A stretch of 64,000 nucleotides of DNA from a bacterium (GCA_963675755.2 CAXXMD010000003.1:2496001-2560000); one strand, 5' to 3'; counted from the stretch's first letter, positions 19,923 to 29,799 are shown. Made by a program: numbers and translations. The notes: generated by a model not told the origin, from the sequence alone.

Positions 19923-20732
19923 ATGGATCTGGAACAGGATTATCTTGAAAACGAGTATGACGATAACGCGTTGAGTTTGGATGTTGAACCCGAACCTTTT
20001 GAGCCGTATCTGGGGATTTTAAAATCTATTCTGGTTCTGGTTTTGTTGCAGGGTGTTACCTTTGTCATTGGCATCATTATGAGTGTGCTTGCCATTATCA
20101 ATAGCAATATCGAGTTTTCAAAAATTGATGCCAAAGCTTTTGAACAGCAGCTCAACACAAATGGGTATTTCCTTGCCGAAAGTACATTTTACAATGCCAT
20201 TCTCTCGCTGGCACTTTTGTATATTATTATACAATATAGACGGGGAGTGGATTTCAAGACATACATTGGATTCAACAAGGTCAGTCTAAAAGTGATTTTT
20301 GAGACGATAATGATTATCCTGGCATTAAAGGTGGTCATGGTTCTTCCGGTTTCAAGCCAATTGACACACTTGAAAGTAGATGATTTTATGCTGATATTTG
20401 TGCAATCTGATGGCCCTAAATTGTTTTTCTGGTTTACAATTGTTGTGGCTGCGCCCGTGTTTGAGGAAATTCTCTTTAGAGGATTCTTTTTGGAAAGCCT
20501 GATCCATTCTAAATTAAGTGTGCACTGGTCGATTGGTTTGTCGTCTTTGATCTGGACGTTGCTCCATACACAATATGGTTTACAAATTAATTTTTTTCTG
20601 TTTTTTATCGGATTGTTTTTTGGGTATTACAAGATCCGGTATAATTCTATCTGGCCACCCATTGCCGGGCATGTTTCTATGAATTTGACATCTTTTGCGA
20701 TTGTGTCAGCTATTCATTATTTCAATGGTTAA
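19923..20732 (+). CDS. CPBP (CAAX/Abi) family intramembrane metalloprotease, paralog 1
   Basis: EEILFRG, W..LH and H...N motifs; multiple TM helices. Confidence 0.88.
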   Translation: MDLEQDYLENEYDDNALSLDVEPEPFEPYLGILKSILVLVLLQGVTFVIGIIMSVLAIINSNIEFSKIDAKAFEQQLNTNGYFLAESTFYNAILSLALLYIIIQYRRGVDFKTYIGFNKVSLKVIFETIMIILALKVVMVLPVSSQLTHLKVDDFMLIFVQSDGPKLFFWFTIVVAAPVFEEILFRGFFLESLIHSKLSVHWSIGLSSLIWTLLHTQYGLQINFFLFFIGLFFGYYKIRYNSIWPPIAGHVSMNLTSFAIVSAIHYFNG

Positions 20733-20877
20733 TTGGATAATAGGCTCAATATGCTACCAGGGTCATAAAAAAGGACCACTAAACACAATATAAAGCACGA
20801 AAATAACTTGAATTTTTAGCTGGAACAGAATGGTTTAATTAACATATTAATTCTATAGTTAAGGGGATTCCGGGTAA

Positions 20878-21630
20878 ATGAGAATAAACGCTGCCATACG
20901 CAATCCAAAACCTTATTTGGGGATTTTTAAAACAATAGTGGTATTGGTTTTGTTTCAGATTGTTTCTGCGATTGTGACTGTAGTTTTGGGGATTATTGCA
21001 GTTGTTAAAAGTTCCTATGAATTGACAGATCTGAACATTGGAACGTTTTTTCTACAACTGACTTCCGATGGATATTTTATTGCCCAAATTACGTTTTACA
21101 GTGCAATATTGGTACTGGTAGCCCTGTACCTCATTATTGATTTGCGTAAGGGTGTGGATTTTAAAACCTATATTGGTTTGAAATGGCCCGGTATTCAAGC
21201 TATTGGTGAGACGCTTTTAATCATTATCGCGTTAATTATAATTGTGAGCGTTGCCGATCTGGAGATTATGGGTGGGCAGAACGCGGAATTTATGAAAGAT
21301 GTTGTACAGTCTAACGGCTCTGTTGTGTTTATCTGGTTTGGGTTTGCCATTGTGGCGCCGGTTCTGGAAGAGGTGTCGTTCAGAGGATTTTTTCAATCCG
21401 GGCTTGCGCATTCCAGGCTGGGTACCCATTGGGCGGTTATTCTGGTATCGCTGGTTTGGGCATTGTCGCATTCTCAATATACTCTGGGCGTTAAGGTATA
21501 TTTACTCTGTTTTGGACTGGTTTTAGGGTATTCCCGGGTGCGGTATCATTCTATCTGGCCCGCCATTGCAGGGCATGTATTTAATAATTTAATATCGATG
21601 ATTGTAACCACATTGTCAGTTTATTCTTGA
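20878..21630 (+). CDS. CPBP family intramembrane metalloprotease, paralog 2
   Basis: EEVSFRG, WALSH and HVFNN; shares PYLGI and GVDFKTYIG with paralog 1. Confidence 0.88.
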   Translation: MRINAAIRNPKPYLGIFKTIVVLVLFQIVSAIVTVVLGIIAVVKSSYELTDLNIGTFFLQLTSDGYFIAQITFYSAILVLVALYLIIDLRKGVDFKTYIGLKWPGIQAIGETLLIIIALIIIVSVADLEIMGGQNAEFMKDVVQSNGSVVFIWFGFAIVAPVLEEVSFRGFFQSGLAHSRLGTHWAVILVSLVWALSHSQYTLGVKVYLLCFGLVLGYSRVRYHSIWPAIAGHVFNNLISMIVTTLSVYS

Positions 21631-21655
21631 GTAAAACAAATAATTTATAAAAGGA

Positions 21656-22132
21656 TTGAATATGAGCATGACCAAAAAGACCGGACTGTTACTGCCACTG
21701 CTGATTGTTATTCTGTTGACACTGCTGTGGGGATGTGATTTGGAAAATACCAAAACCGCAAAATCGGATGGGGTGTGGGTGTTTTTGACGCTTCGTTACG
21801 AGAGTAATGACGGGTTCCAGTTTAATTATTATTATGGTGAAATGAACAAAAAGCTGTATAACAAAATAGCCAGCAACCTGATTACAAAAGGATTTTTTAA
21901 ACTCAACAAGGTCCGGTACTGGAACAATGATGACAAGCTGGAGCTATATGCGGATGATGTCTATTCCGGAAATATGGTGTTCCGTATTGAGGATATACGC
22001 AAACTGAACGAACTCAATGACGATCCCGTGCTTACCAATATATATGAAGAACTCTCGGAAACCGCCCAGGCCCTGAGAGACAGTACGCAGGTGGAGGAGA
22101 ATTTGAATTTTGAAGAAAATTCAGAACCATAA
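21656..22132 (+). CDS. Hypothetical lipoprotein
   Basis: Hydrophobic N-terminus ending in LWGC; start may be 21662 or 21668. Confidence 0.7.
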   Translation: MNMSMTKKTGLLLPLLIVILLTLLWGCDLENTKTAKSDGVWVFLTLRYESNDGFQFNYYYGEMNKKLYNKIASNLITKGFFKLNKVRYWNNDDKLELYADDVYSGNMVFRIEDIRKLNELNDDPVLTNIYEELSETAQALRDSTQVEENLNFEENSEP

Positions 22133-22361
22133 ATATAATTTAAAAGAGAATGAGTCAATGGGCTAGTTGGATTTGTTTTGCCCTAATACCACAAAGAAAA
22201 GGAAAAGGTATACGAAGTACAATAAGAATTTGAATTGAAAGGGTTCTTTCTTTTTAAATTATTTAGCATGATATGTGAAGGATTGAAATTTTTTAATTGA
22301 TTATTTCGCGTGGAATGTCTATTTTTTAAAGTTAAAGTTTACAATATAGATTGTGATAATT

Positions 22362-22661
22362 ATGTCAAGAAAATATCATATTTTGCCCTCAGCTGAAGGA
22401 TGGATTGTTAGATGGATTGCTAAAGGGGTGGGCAGGGAAAAGACTTTTAAGACAAAAGATCTGGCAATTGCTGAAACCAAACGAAAAATGTCAAAAGAAC
22501 CCGGTTCTCAAATGATAGTACATTCAAAGGACGGTAAAGTTATGTCAGTTCATTTGGGTGAAATAGGGTACAAAGTAAAATCTGCTAATGTTAAACACCG
22601 ATTAAACAATAAATCTGTTCGGAATATAATAGCAAAAGTAATGTACCAACAACAGCAATAA
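22362..22661 (+). CDS. DUF2188-like small basic protein
   Basis: YHILP...GW.V...F.TK..AI...IVHSKDGK pattern. Confidence 0.7.
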   Translation: MSRKYHILPSAEGWIVRWIAKGVGREKTFKTKDLAIAETKRKMSKEPGSQMIVHSKDGKVMSVHLGEIGYKVKSANVKHRLNNKSVRNIIAKVMYQQQQ

Positions 22662-22679
22662 GTTATATCTTGGGGTGAA

Positions 22680-23282
22680 ATGAATCTTAATGTCTTTGTT
22701 AATTGTCCTTTTGATGATAATTATGTTCCTCTTTTTGAAGCTATTTTGTTTTCAATATATTTTTGTGGATTTAAACCCAGATGTGCATTAGAAGTAGATG
22801 ATGCATCACAAAATCGTTTGGAAAAAATTTATTCAATTATTGAAGAATGTGATTTAGGAATTCATGATATTTCTCGAATAGAGTTGAATTTGAATAACCT
22901 TCCCCGTTTTAATATGCCATTGGAATTTGGAATTTTTTTGGGTGCAAAAAGATTTGGTGGGCGACGACAAAAATCAAAAATGTGCATGGTTTTTGATAGT
23001 GAAAATTATCGATATCAGCAATTCATTTCGGATATTGCAGGTCAGGATATTAAAGCTCATAATAATAATCCTGAACAAATAATTAGAATAAATAGGAATT
23101 GGTTTAACTCCTTAGGCAATCACCGATCATTCCCCGGGGCAAATGCAATAATTGGAAAATTCAATGATTTCCTAATCCAGAAACCTCAAATTCTACAAGA
23201 ACTCAATCTTACACCAGATGATGTGCAATATGCAGATAATATTCAGATTATTGAAGAGTGGATAAAACAAAGTCAAATTTAA
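22680..23282 (+). CDS. TIR/nucleoside-2-deoxyribosyltransferase-like (flavodoxin-fold) protein
   Basis: VFVNCPFD, I..CD.GIHDIS, PRFNMPLEFG (putative catalytic Glu) and SDIAG; AT-rich. Confidence 0.6.
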   Translation: MNLNVFVNCPFDDNYVPLFEAILFSIYFCGFKPRCALEVDDASQNRLEKIYSIIEECDLGIHDISRIELNLNNLPRFNMPLEFGIFLGAKRFGGRRQKSKMCMVFDSENYRYQQFISDIAGQDIKAHNNNPEQIIRINRNWFNSLGNHRSFPGANAIIGKFNDFLIQKPQILQELNLTPDDVQYADNIQIIEEWIKQSQI

Positions 23283-23438
23283 AAGTTTTAAGCATTGATT
23301 TTGGGATTATGATATTTCCTCCAATAAGCAAGAGATATCTAATAAGTTTGGCGTGATCCCTTTTAAATTGAGTTCCTCTGCATCTCTGCGTTAAATTATT
23401 TTGTTTGCAAATATCCCCGCAAAACCTTACATATATTC

Positions 23439-25382
23439 ATGAGATCCCGAATTACATTACTACTCTTGCTGCTGATTACCCTTGCACAATCCGACCCGCG
23501 CAAAGTTGAGGTAAAACCGTACAACGGTGCACCCGCGCTGTTTGTGGACGGAGCGCCGTATCCGCCCTTTGCGTACATGTCTTATTTTGGTGAAACGGAC
23601 TATTACAAACAGGCCGCGGAAGCGGGCATACATCTCTATTGTTTTCCCGCGTACCTGGGTGACCGTGGTATCAATACCAGATCCGGGATTGGTCCTTTTC
23701 GTCCGGCGATATGGCCGGCTGAAAATACAATGGATTATTCCAGTATCATTACTGATTTTAAAAAAGTGTTAAAAGCAGATCCCCACGCCATGGTGATCAT
23801 TCGTCTACATCTCGATCCACCGGCATGGTGGGAGGCTGCGCATCTCGAGGCGTGCCGGCAGCTACCGGATGGCAGTACGTTCCGGCAGTGCTTTGCCTCT
23901 GAACAATGGCGAAATGCTACCGGCAAAGTCCTGCGGGAGATTGTCCATTGGCTGATGGAATCGGATTATCGGGACAATCTTGTGGGTATTCATCTCGCCG
24001 CGGGCGGCACCGAAGAGTGGTTTTATCATATTAATGACTATTATGAAGATGTAAATCCTTCGGTTGCAGAAAGGTTCCGGGTGTGGCTGCGGGAGAAATA
24101 TGCAAGTCCGGACTCGCTGCAAAAATCCTGGAAAAATAATACCGTGGATTTTAAGTCTGCAATCCCTGCAGATATCAGTGGTCGGGTGCGCGAGGAACGC
24201 TGGCGCAATCCCGTAACCGAACAGCCTGTGCTGGATACGTTTCGGTTTCACACCCATACCCTGGTTGACAATATCATCTATTTTTGTCAACTTGTCAAAG
24301 AATTCAGCAATGGAGAGCTGCTTACCGGTGCGTTTTACGGTTATCAGTATTTTGTAACAGATGCGCGACGCGGCCATGGTCCCATGCAAAAATTGCTGGA
24401 CTGTGATGACCTGGATTTTCTCTCGAGTCCCAATGTCTATAACCGGGTGATGGGAGAAGACTGGCCTCCCATGAGCGCGGTACAGTCCGTGCAGCTTCAC
24501 GGCAAGCTGTGGCTGGCGGAAAATGATACGCGCACATACAAAACCGGATTGCTAAAGGAGCGCAAACCCGAGGTCCCTCCGCCAGGACAATATGAGAGCG
24601 GTGTGTGGATCGGTCCCGCGGGTGCTGATGAATCCGTTGCGCTGCTCAGAAAAAACAGCGCACGCATGCTGGCATACAATTACGGCGGCTGGTGGTTCGA
24701 CATGTGGGGCGGTTGGTTCGACAGTCCCGAATTGTTGCAGGTATTGCAGGATACCCAAACGTTGTGGAAGATGACCGCTGAAGAAACTGATACGCTTTTG
24801 CAATCCCAAATTTGTGTCCTGGTAGATGAAGAACTGGCTTTCTATGACGCCAGTTACGGCAAGCTGGCGGGAGAGATTTTAGCGAATCGATCTGCATTGG
24901 GCAAAACAGGGGCACCTTATGATCTGTATTTAATGTCCGATTGGGACCGCCTGCCAAAATTCCAATATCGGCTCATATGGCTGCTGGGTGTTCCGGAGCT
25001 TTCAGAGCAGGAAAAGAAAGTGTTCTCAGAACGGGAAGCCATGGTCATCTGGACAAATACAATTACCACGCGTGTATTGGCTCCGGAACCGGCACCGGTA
25101 ATGAACAGGGTGCGTTTTACTCCAGAGATTCTTAAACGATGGATGAAGCAGGCCGGGGTGCATTGTTATATGGATAGTGAGGATGTGCTTTACGCGGGCA
25201 ATGGCTGGCTGAGTGTGCATACCATTACGGGAGGTATGAGAGAAATCCGTCTGCCGTTTGCTGCCAGTGTTACGGATCCCCTGCAAAAAAAAGTGATATC
25301 AGATAGCTGTCAACAATTCAGTATTGAACTGCCGGCAAATTCTACTACCATTCTCAGGGTTAAGGCAGTAGAAAGTAATTAA
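23439..25382 (+). CDS. Secreted glycoside hydrolase (GH42/beta-galactosidase-like TIM barrel)
   Basis: Signal peptide, GGTEEW, F..WLREKY...L..SW and LAENDTRT. Confidence 0.65.
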   Translation: MRSRITLLLLLLITLAQSDPRKVEVKPYNGAPALFVDGAPYPPFAYMSYFGETDYYKQAAEAGIHLYCFPAYLGDRGINTRSGIGPFRPAIWPAENTMDYSSIITDFKKVLKADPHAMVIIRLHLDPPAWWEAAHLEACRQLPDGSTFRQCFASEQWRNATGKVLREIVHWLMESDYRDNLVGIHLAAGGTEEWFYHINDYYEDVNPSVAERFRVWLREKYASPDSLQKSWKNNTVDFKSAIPADISGRVREERWRNPVTEQPVLDTFRFHTHTLVDNIIYFCQLVKEFSNGELLTGAFYGYQYFVTDARRGHGPMQKLLDCDDLDFLSSPNVYNRVMGEDWPPMSAVQSVQLHGKLWLAENDTRTYKTGLLKERKPEVPPPGQYESGVWIGPAGADESVALLRKNSARMLAYNYGGWWFDMWGGWFDSPELLQVLQDTQTLWKMTAEETDTLLQSQICVLVDEELAFYDASYGKLAGEILANRSALGKTGAPYDLYLMSDWDRLPKFQYRLIWLLGVPELSEQEKKVFSEREAMVIWTNTITTRVLAPEPAPVMNRVRFTPEILKRWMKQAGVHCYMDSEDVLYAGNGWLSVHTITGGMREIRLPFAASVTDPLQKKVISDSCQQFSIELPANSTTILRVKAVESN

Positions 25383-25478
25383 CTGAATCTTTTTTCGTGT
25401 GTTTCGTGGGCAATGCTTTCAAGAGAATTTTAGAATTGTCGATGCATTAACCCACGATGTTGGTTTAATGTCCTGCCC

Positions 25479-26198
25479 TTAATACCCAATCCATAACAGA
25501 TTGCGAAAACGCTGCAAGATGATCTTGCCGACCGGGGTTTCCGCACAGCTGTTCTTCAGAATTTCAGGATCCTGGCCCTCTTTTGCAAGATAACGTCTAA
25601 CCAGATCAATATAGGCGTGCGTTATTTCTACATCAAACTCGGGATGGAATTGCAAACCCCACATGTGATTATTGTACCTGAATGCCTGATTGGGGTCCAT
25701 ACTGCTATTGGCAAGATGCACCGCGCCGTCAGCTAGTTTTAGCGCGCATTGGGTATGGGTCATTTGTCCCAATATAGAATCACCTAATCCGCCCAACAGG
25801 GGATCGGTCTGCGCTTCTTCATTCAGGTTAACGCTAAAGGTGCCAAACTCGCGTCCGTTTGGGTTGTCACCGGATTTCCCTCCCAGAGCCATGTTCAGTA
25901 ACTGGTGTCCCCAGCAGATACCCAGCACCGGCAGCATCAAGTTTGCCGATGCCCTCAGCCAGATAGCGGCTTCGTGCAGCCAGGGATAGTCATCGGTAAC
26001 CATGTAATGCGATCCGCAGATCACCACTCCTGATACATTGCTATGGTCAGGCAGTTTTTGGCCCTGACTGATATCAATGACCTTGGCGCTGTCGTGAGGG
26101 AGTTCCATTGCCGAGAGGATATGCTCTTCAAAATCCCCCCGGTTTGCCACAATTTTTGCTATTGTGCTGCCTGCTTTGACGATCAATAGAGGTTTCAT
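25479..26198 (-). CDS. Class I glutamine amidotransferase
   Basis: GICWGHQ nucleophile and QFHPE triad. Confidence 0.88.
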   Translation of the reverse strand: MKPLLIVKAGSTIAKIVANRGDFEEHILSAMELPHDSAKVIDISQGQKLPDHSNVSGVVICGSHYMVTDDYPWLHEAAIWLRASANLMLPVLGICWGHQLLNMALGGKSGDNPNGREFGTFSVNLNEEAQTDPLLGGLGDSILGQMTHTQCALKLADGAVHLANSSMDPNQAFRYNNHMWGLQFHPEFDVEITHAYIDLVRRYLAKEGQDPEILKNSCAETPVGKIILQRFRNLLWIGY

Positions 26199-26226
26199 GA
26201 GATAAATCCGGTTTTGTACTACTGGC

Positions 26227-26703
26227 CTATTTTGTTAAAAATGTGATTCTGGTAAATCCTGAATCTTTAATAACAGATAAAAGTGCATTGACATGAACCA
26301 TACCAAGCTGACTATCTATGGATAAAAACACCCGGTCCGTTTTATCGGTATAGGGAGCCAAATGTTCTCTTAGTGATTCGTATGTTTCAAATCTCGAGTT
26401 TAAAACAATATTCCCACTCCGTTCGTAAAATATATGCGGACAGGTTTTGGGTATTTTATAAGCTCTGGCCGTTTTCGCTTTTGGCAGATTAACATATATC
26501 GGTTCCCTGGGAACCAAAACAAGATACGAATGACCTAAAACAAGAACAAACGATAAAAATACAAGCACCTGCATATTGTGCTGCATTCTGTAAATGTATT
26601 TTAGAGAACGTTTACGGGCATGCCATTTTTCCAGAATAGAGCGACTGGCAAAATATTCCTGTACATTATAAAGCTGTCGTGGTTTTATTTGATGAAACAG
26701 CAT
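26227..26703 (-). CDS. ExbD/TolR-like protein, paralog 2
   Basis: Single TM, VNLPKA, V.LSIDS.L....V..LL..IK..GF.RI.F C-terminal pattern. Confidence 0.6.
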   Translation of the reverse strand: MLFHQIKPRQLYNVQEYFASRSILEKWHARKRSLKYIYRMQHNMQVLVFLSFVLVLGHSYLVLVPREPIYVNLPKAKTARAYKIPKTCPHIFYERSGNIVLNSRFETYESLREHLAPYTDKTDRVFLSIDSQLGMVHVNALLSVIKDSGFTRITFLTK

Positions 26704-26726
26704 AACCCTGCCTTCATATTCCGTTT

Positions 26727-27236
26727 TTATCTTGCTGTTGAACTGTTTGAATGGGTTACAAAAACAATATCGTTAAATCCTGCCTGGTTCAGAATGGCAA
26801 TAACCTGATGGACCTTCGGCATCTTTACATTGCAATCAATGGTTAAAAACGCCCGGTCGCTTTTACCCGTGTACTCTTGCAAGCCGTCTCCAAGTGTGTC
26901 AAATGTATGAAAACGGGCATCAAGCGTCATGTTGCCAATCCGATCCATCCAGATTTTGGGATTATGGTCTGTAATTGTATGCCATTGCGCGCTTGGTGCT
27001 TTTGGCAGGATGCACATGAGGCCTGGTACTTCGGCAGTGGGTTGTATGCCGAAAAAGGCGATACTGCCCAACCGACAGGCAAATGTTAAAAAGAAAAAGA
27101 TCCAGAGATTGTGCCTGATCCGGTTCAGGTAACGATATTTCTTTTTGCGAACAGCCCACAATTCGATTAACGAATCTGCCGAATCAAAATCTCTGATGTT
27201 GTACGGCTGTCCCGGTTTGGGTTGATGTAACAGCAT
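26727..27236 (-). CDS. ExbD/TolR-like protein, paralog 1
   Basis: Single TM, LPKA, AFLTID.NVKM.KV.QV...L.QAGF..IVF. Confidence 0.6.
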   Translation of the reverse strand: MLLHQPKPGQPYNIRDFDSADSLIELWAVRKKKYRYLNRIRHNLWIFFFLTFACRLGSIAFFGIQPTAEVPGLMCILPKAPSAQWHTITDHNPKIWMDRIGNMTLDARFHTFDTLGDGLQEYTGKSDRAFLTIDCNVKMPKVHQVIAILNQAGFNDIVFVTHSNSSTAR

Positions 27237-27263
27237 GCGTTTCCCCTCCTGTATGAATTTAGA

Positions 27264-27782
27264 TCATGCGTTCCGTATCCATTTAAATGCAGCAGCATCT
27301 CCCAGTCCAATTCCGAATCCAATCATGGCACCCAAAGGTGCATTGATCAAAACTCCTTTCCAGGTAAATAATTCCATATAGAAAAGATGATGCACCAGGC
27401 TGGAAATGAAGAACAACAGCGATACAAGTGCGACCATAGTCAGAATACTCTGAATTATGTTTTTCTCAGGTATTTTGGTATAGATAAATACGGCTATAAA
27501 GAGAGCAATGAAATATCCCCATACTACCAAGTAGGCTGGAGGATTGTGCATTTGTGTGAGTAATCCCAGTGTGATCAGGATTAATAGATTCAAATAAATT
27601 GCATTACGTAGCTGGTTTTGTCTGATAAAAGCCAGCGAAGCCGAACCTGTAAATCCCAGCAATAATAAATAGAATAGAGGATGCTGAGGATTGTTGAATC
27701 CCATCCCTAAAATCAGGATTGCAATTAAACCGCAAAAAACAGTTCCCAACAGAGTTGGCACAATTATAGCATTGTATTTCAT
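27264..27782 (-). CDS. Hypothetical integral membrane protein
   Basis: About six hydrophobic helices; ATG 27782 follows a GGGG-rich RBS. Confidence 0.7.
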   Translation of the reverse strand: MKYNAIIVPTLLGTVFCGLIAILILGMGFNNPQHPLFYLLLLGFTGSASLAFIRQNQLRNAIYLNLLILITLGLLTQMHNPPAYLVVWGYFIALFIAVFIYTKIPEKNIIQSILTMVALVSLLFFISSLVHHLFYMELFTWKGVLINAPLGAMIGFGIGLGDAAAFKWIRNA

Positions 27783-27997
27783 ACGACCCCCGCTTTTTGA
27801 GGTTATCAGGTATATCTGAAATACACATGAAAACAAGATTTATTTAAAAATATAATCAAAAAAATGAGTGATTTAAAGAACTTTTCGTTGTGTAAAGCAT
27901 TATAATTGTAACACATTGTTGATTTGTATTTAATTATTTATTACTTTGAAATGAATGATGTGCATTTTTATTAAAAATTTTATGATAATAATAAAAA

Positions 27998-28609
27998 ATG
28001 CTGCATTTCTTTGGAATGAAACCGGATTCCGGTTGTCTAAATGTTGAAGGGCGAGTTATAGAAAAGACTGACGCACAATTATTGCGTGAGGCGCGCGAGG
28101 GAAGTGGTGATTCTTTTAAGGAGCTGGTAAGGAGGTACGAGTCCCGTGTAGCCGCGACCGTAGTGGGAATGCTGGGACGATGTCCTGAAGCAGATGACGT
28201 AGGTCAGGAAACGTTTATCCGGTTCTACAAAGCCATGCATGATTTTCGTGGCGATGCGGAATTGGGAACGTATTTGACACGGATCGCCATTAATTTGTCA
28301 TTGAACGAGTTGAAAAGGAGAAAACGCCGGTTTCAGGTGTTTCCCAAATCTACAGATTCAGTGCATGACATGACAGATGACAGCATAAATCCTGATGCAG
28401 GTGATACCAAAGCAGTGATCAACAAGGCTTTGCAAAAACTGGAACCGGATTTTAGATCTGTTGTTGTACTACGGCTTATTCAGGGATATTCCACTAAAGA
28501 AGCTGCAGGAATGTTGAATATTCCCGAAGGTACGGTACTGTCACGGTTGTCCCGTGCGCAATTGAAATTAAAGAAAATACTCGAACCCTTAATGGGAGAG
28601 CAAGAATGA
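27998..28609 (+). CDS. ECF (sigma-70 group 4) RNA polymerase sigma factor
   Basis: Region 2 (ADDVGQETF, YLTRIAIN) and region 4 HTH (EAAGMLNIPEGTVLSRLSRA); true start probably near 28058. Confidence 0.92.
   Translation: MLHFFGMKPDSGCLNVEGRVIEKTDAQLLREAREGSGDSFKELVRRYESRVAATVVGMLGRCPEADDVGQETFIRFYKAMHDFRGDAELGTYLTRIAINLSLNELKRRKRRFQVFPKSTDSVHDMTDDSINPDAGDTKAVINKALQKLEPDFRSVVVLRLIQGYSTKEAAGMLNIPEGTVLSRLSRAQLKLKKILEPLMGEQE
28013..28040 (+). promoter_or_regulatory. Putative autoregulatory ECF promoter
   Basis: GGAATG-N14-TTGTCTAA; repeated at 29714-29742. Confidence 0.65.
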
Positions 28610-29043
28610 AGAAAATGCAGGAACTGTTGGTACGATCTTTTGATCAGGTCCTGTCAGCGAAGGAACAGCAGGAACTGGACCAGGCACTGGAACAGTCAAA
28701 AGAGCTTCGCCAGGAAAAAGAACAGCTTGAAAGCATGCGAAATCTGTTTTCGGCAGGGGCAGAAGAATCTTTTCGGCCCATGTTTGCAGAACGGGTTATG
28801 AACCGGATAACAACCGAAAGCGCGCAGCAACCCGCTAGTGAAATGGAATTTTTTGATTCTCTTTTGCATATTTTTCGTAAAGTTGCCATTGCCGGTGCAA
28901 TTGCAATTGTGGTGCTTGCTTCGGCTCAGTTGATTGTCAATAATCCATCTACAACAACAACTGCAACGCAGAATGTATCAGAAATGTCATTGGATGATGT
29001 ACTGGTTTCAGCTTTTATTTCCTCAATGGAGGATATGCTATGA
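28606..29043 (+). CDS. Putative single-TM anti-sigma factor
   Basis: ATGA overlap with the sigma gene; helical N-domain (LSAKEQQELDQAL) and one TM; no HxxxCxxC. Confidence 0.75.
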   Translation: MKKMQELLVRSFDQVLSAKEQQELDQALEQSKELRQEKEQLESMRNLFSAGAEESFRPMFAERVMNRITTESAQQPASEMEFFDSLLHIFRKVAIAGAIAIVVLASAQLIVNNPSTTTTATQNVSEMSLDDVLVSAFISSMEDML

Positions 29044-29558
29044 CCGTACAGACCAAATCCTCTTTTATACTGTTATTGACACTGCTTTTGGGGATACTGA
29101 TTGGCGCCCTGGGAATGAACTTTTATAAAAATCAGCGTATGGTGCAATTCAAAGATTTCAGAGAACGCGAAATGTTTATGGGACTGCATGAGCGAATTAT
29201 TCAGCCCCATTCTGAAGCACAACGCGATTCCATTTCTCAGGTGCTGGATAAATATTTGCCCCGTTTTAAAGAATTGCATGAAAAGAACAAAGAAGAGATT
29301 GAAGTTATTATAGATTCGTTGCAAAATGATCTAAAACCGATTTTATCTGAGGAGCAATGGCAGCGATTGATTGAACGCCGTGAACGTATGGATCGCTGGG
29401 GCGGTCCGGACAAGTTTGGTCCTCCCCCCGGTGACAGGCCTTTTCCTGGTCCACGTGAGGGTGAGGACTGGAAAGATCGCAGACCTCCGGGGCCCAATGA
29501 TATGCCCCCGCATGGAAGTGATGGCATGCCTCCACAACCCCCTCAAATGCCTCAATAA
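29040..29558 (+). CDS. Periplasmic Spy/CpxP/ZraP-like helical protein with Pro-rich tail
   Basis: N-terminal TM, ILSEEQ (LTxxQ-like); ATGA overlap with the anti-sigma gene. Confidence 0.65.
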   Translation: MTVQTKSSFILLLTLLLGILIGALGMNFYKNQRMVQFKDFREREMFMGLHERIIQPHSEAQRDSISQVLDKYLPRFKELHEKNKEEIEVIIDSLQNDLKPILSEEQWQRLIERRERMDRWGGPDKFGPPPGDRPFPGPREGEDWKDRRPPGPNDMPPHGSDGMPPQPPQMPQ

Positions 29559-29573
29559 GCGTTTATACAATTT

Positions 29574-29610
29574 AAAAAGGTGATTCGATAATTTGGATCA
29601 CCTTTTTTTT
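29574..29610 (+). terminator. Intrinsic terminator of the ECF operon
   Basis: AAGGTGATTC/GGATCACCTT stem plus long T-run. Confidence 0.75.
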
Positions 29611-29713
29611 TATTAAAAAAATATTTACGTTTTTCTGCGTTATTGCCCTAACCTCTTGTTTATCTTGTAAAATATGTGTGAAAATTTCAATGTATTTCTC
29701 TATTACGCTTTTG

Positions 29714-29742
29714 GGAATGTTACTGAATCTGGTATTGTCTAA
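29714..29742 (+). promoter_or_regulatory. Putative ECF promoter of the repeat-protein gene
   Basis: GGAATG-N15-TTGTCTAA. Confidence 0.65.
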
Positions 29743-29799
29743 TTTGCGCAACAGGAAATAAAGGAGAACACATCACATCAATCACCAAAGGAGAACGTC

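Noticed and set aside
19923-21630. CPBP 'Abi' genes as abortive-infection defence
   Set aside because: The Abi label of this family is historical; these are intramembrane proteases with no defence evidence.
27878-27901. GAAC-N16-CATT as another ECF promoter
   Set aside because: Weaker -10 in very AT-rich DNA with no hairpin or terminator downstream; plausibly chance (likewise GGAAC-N16-CATA at 20822).
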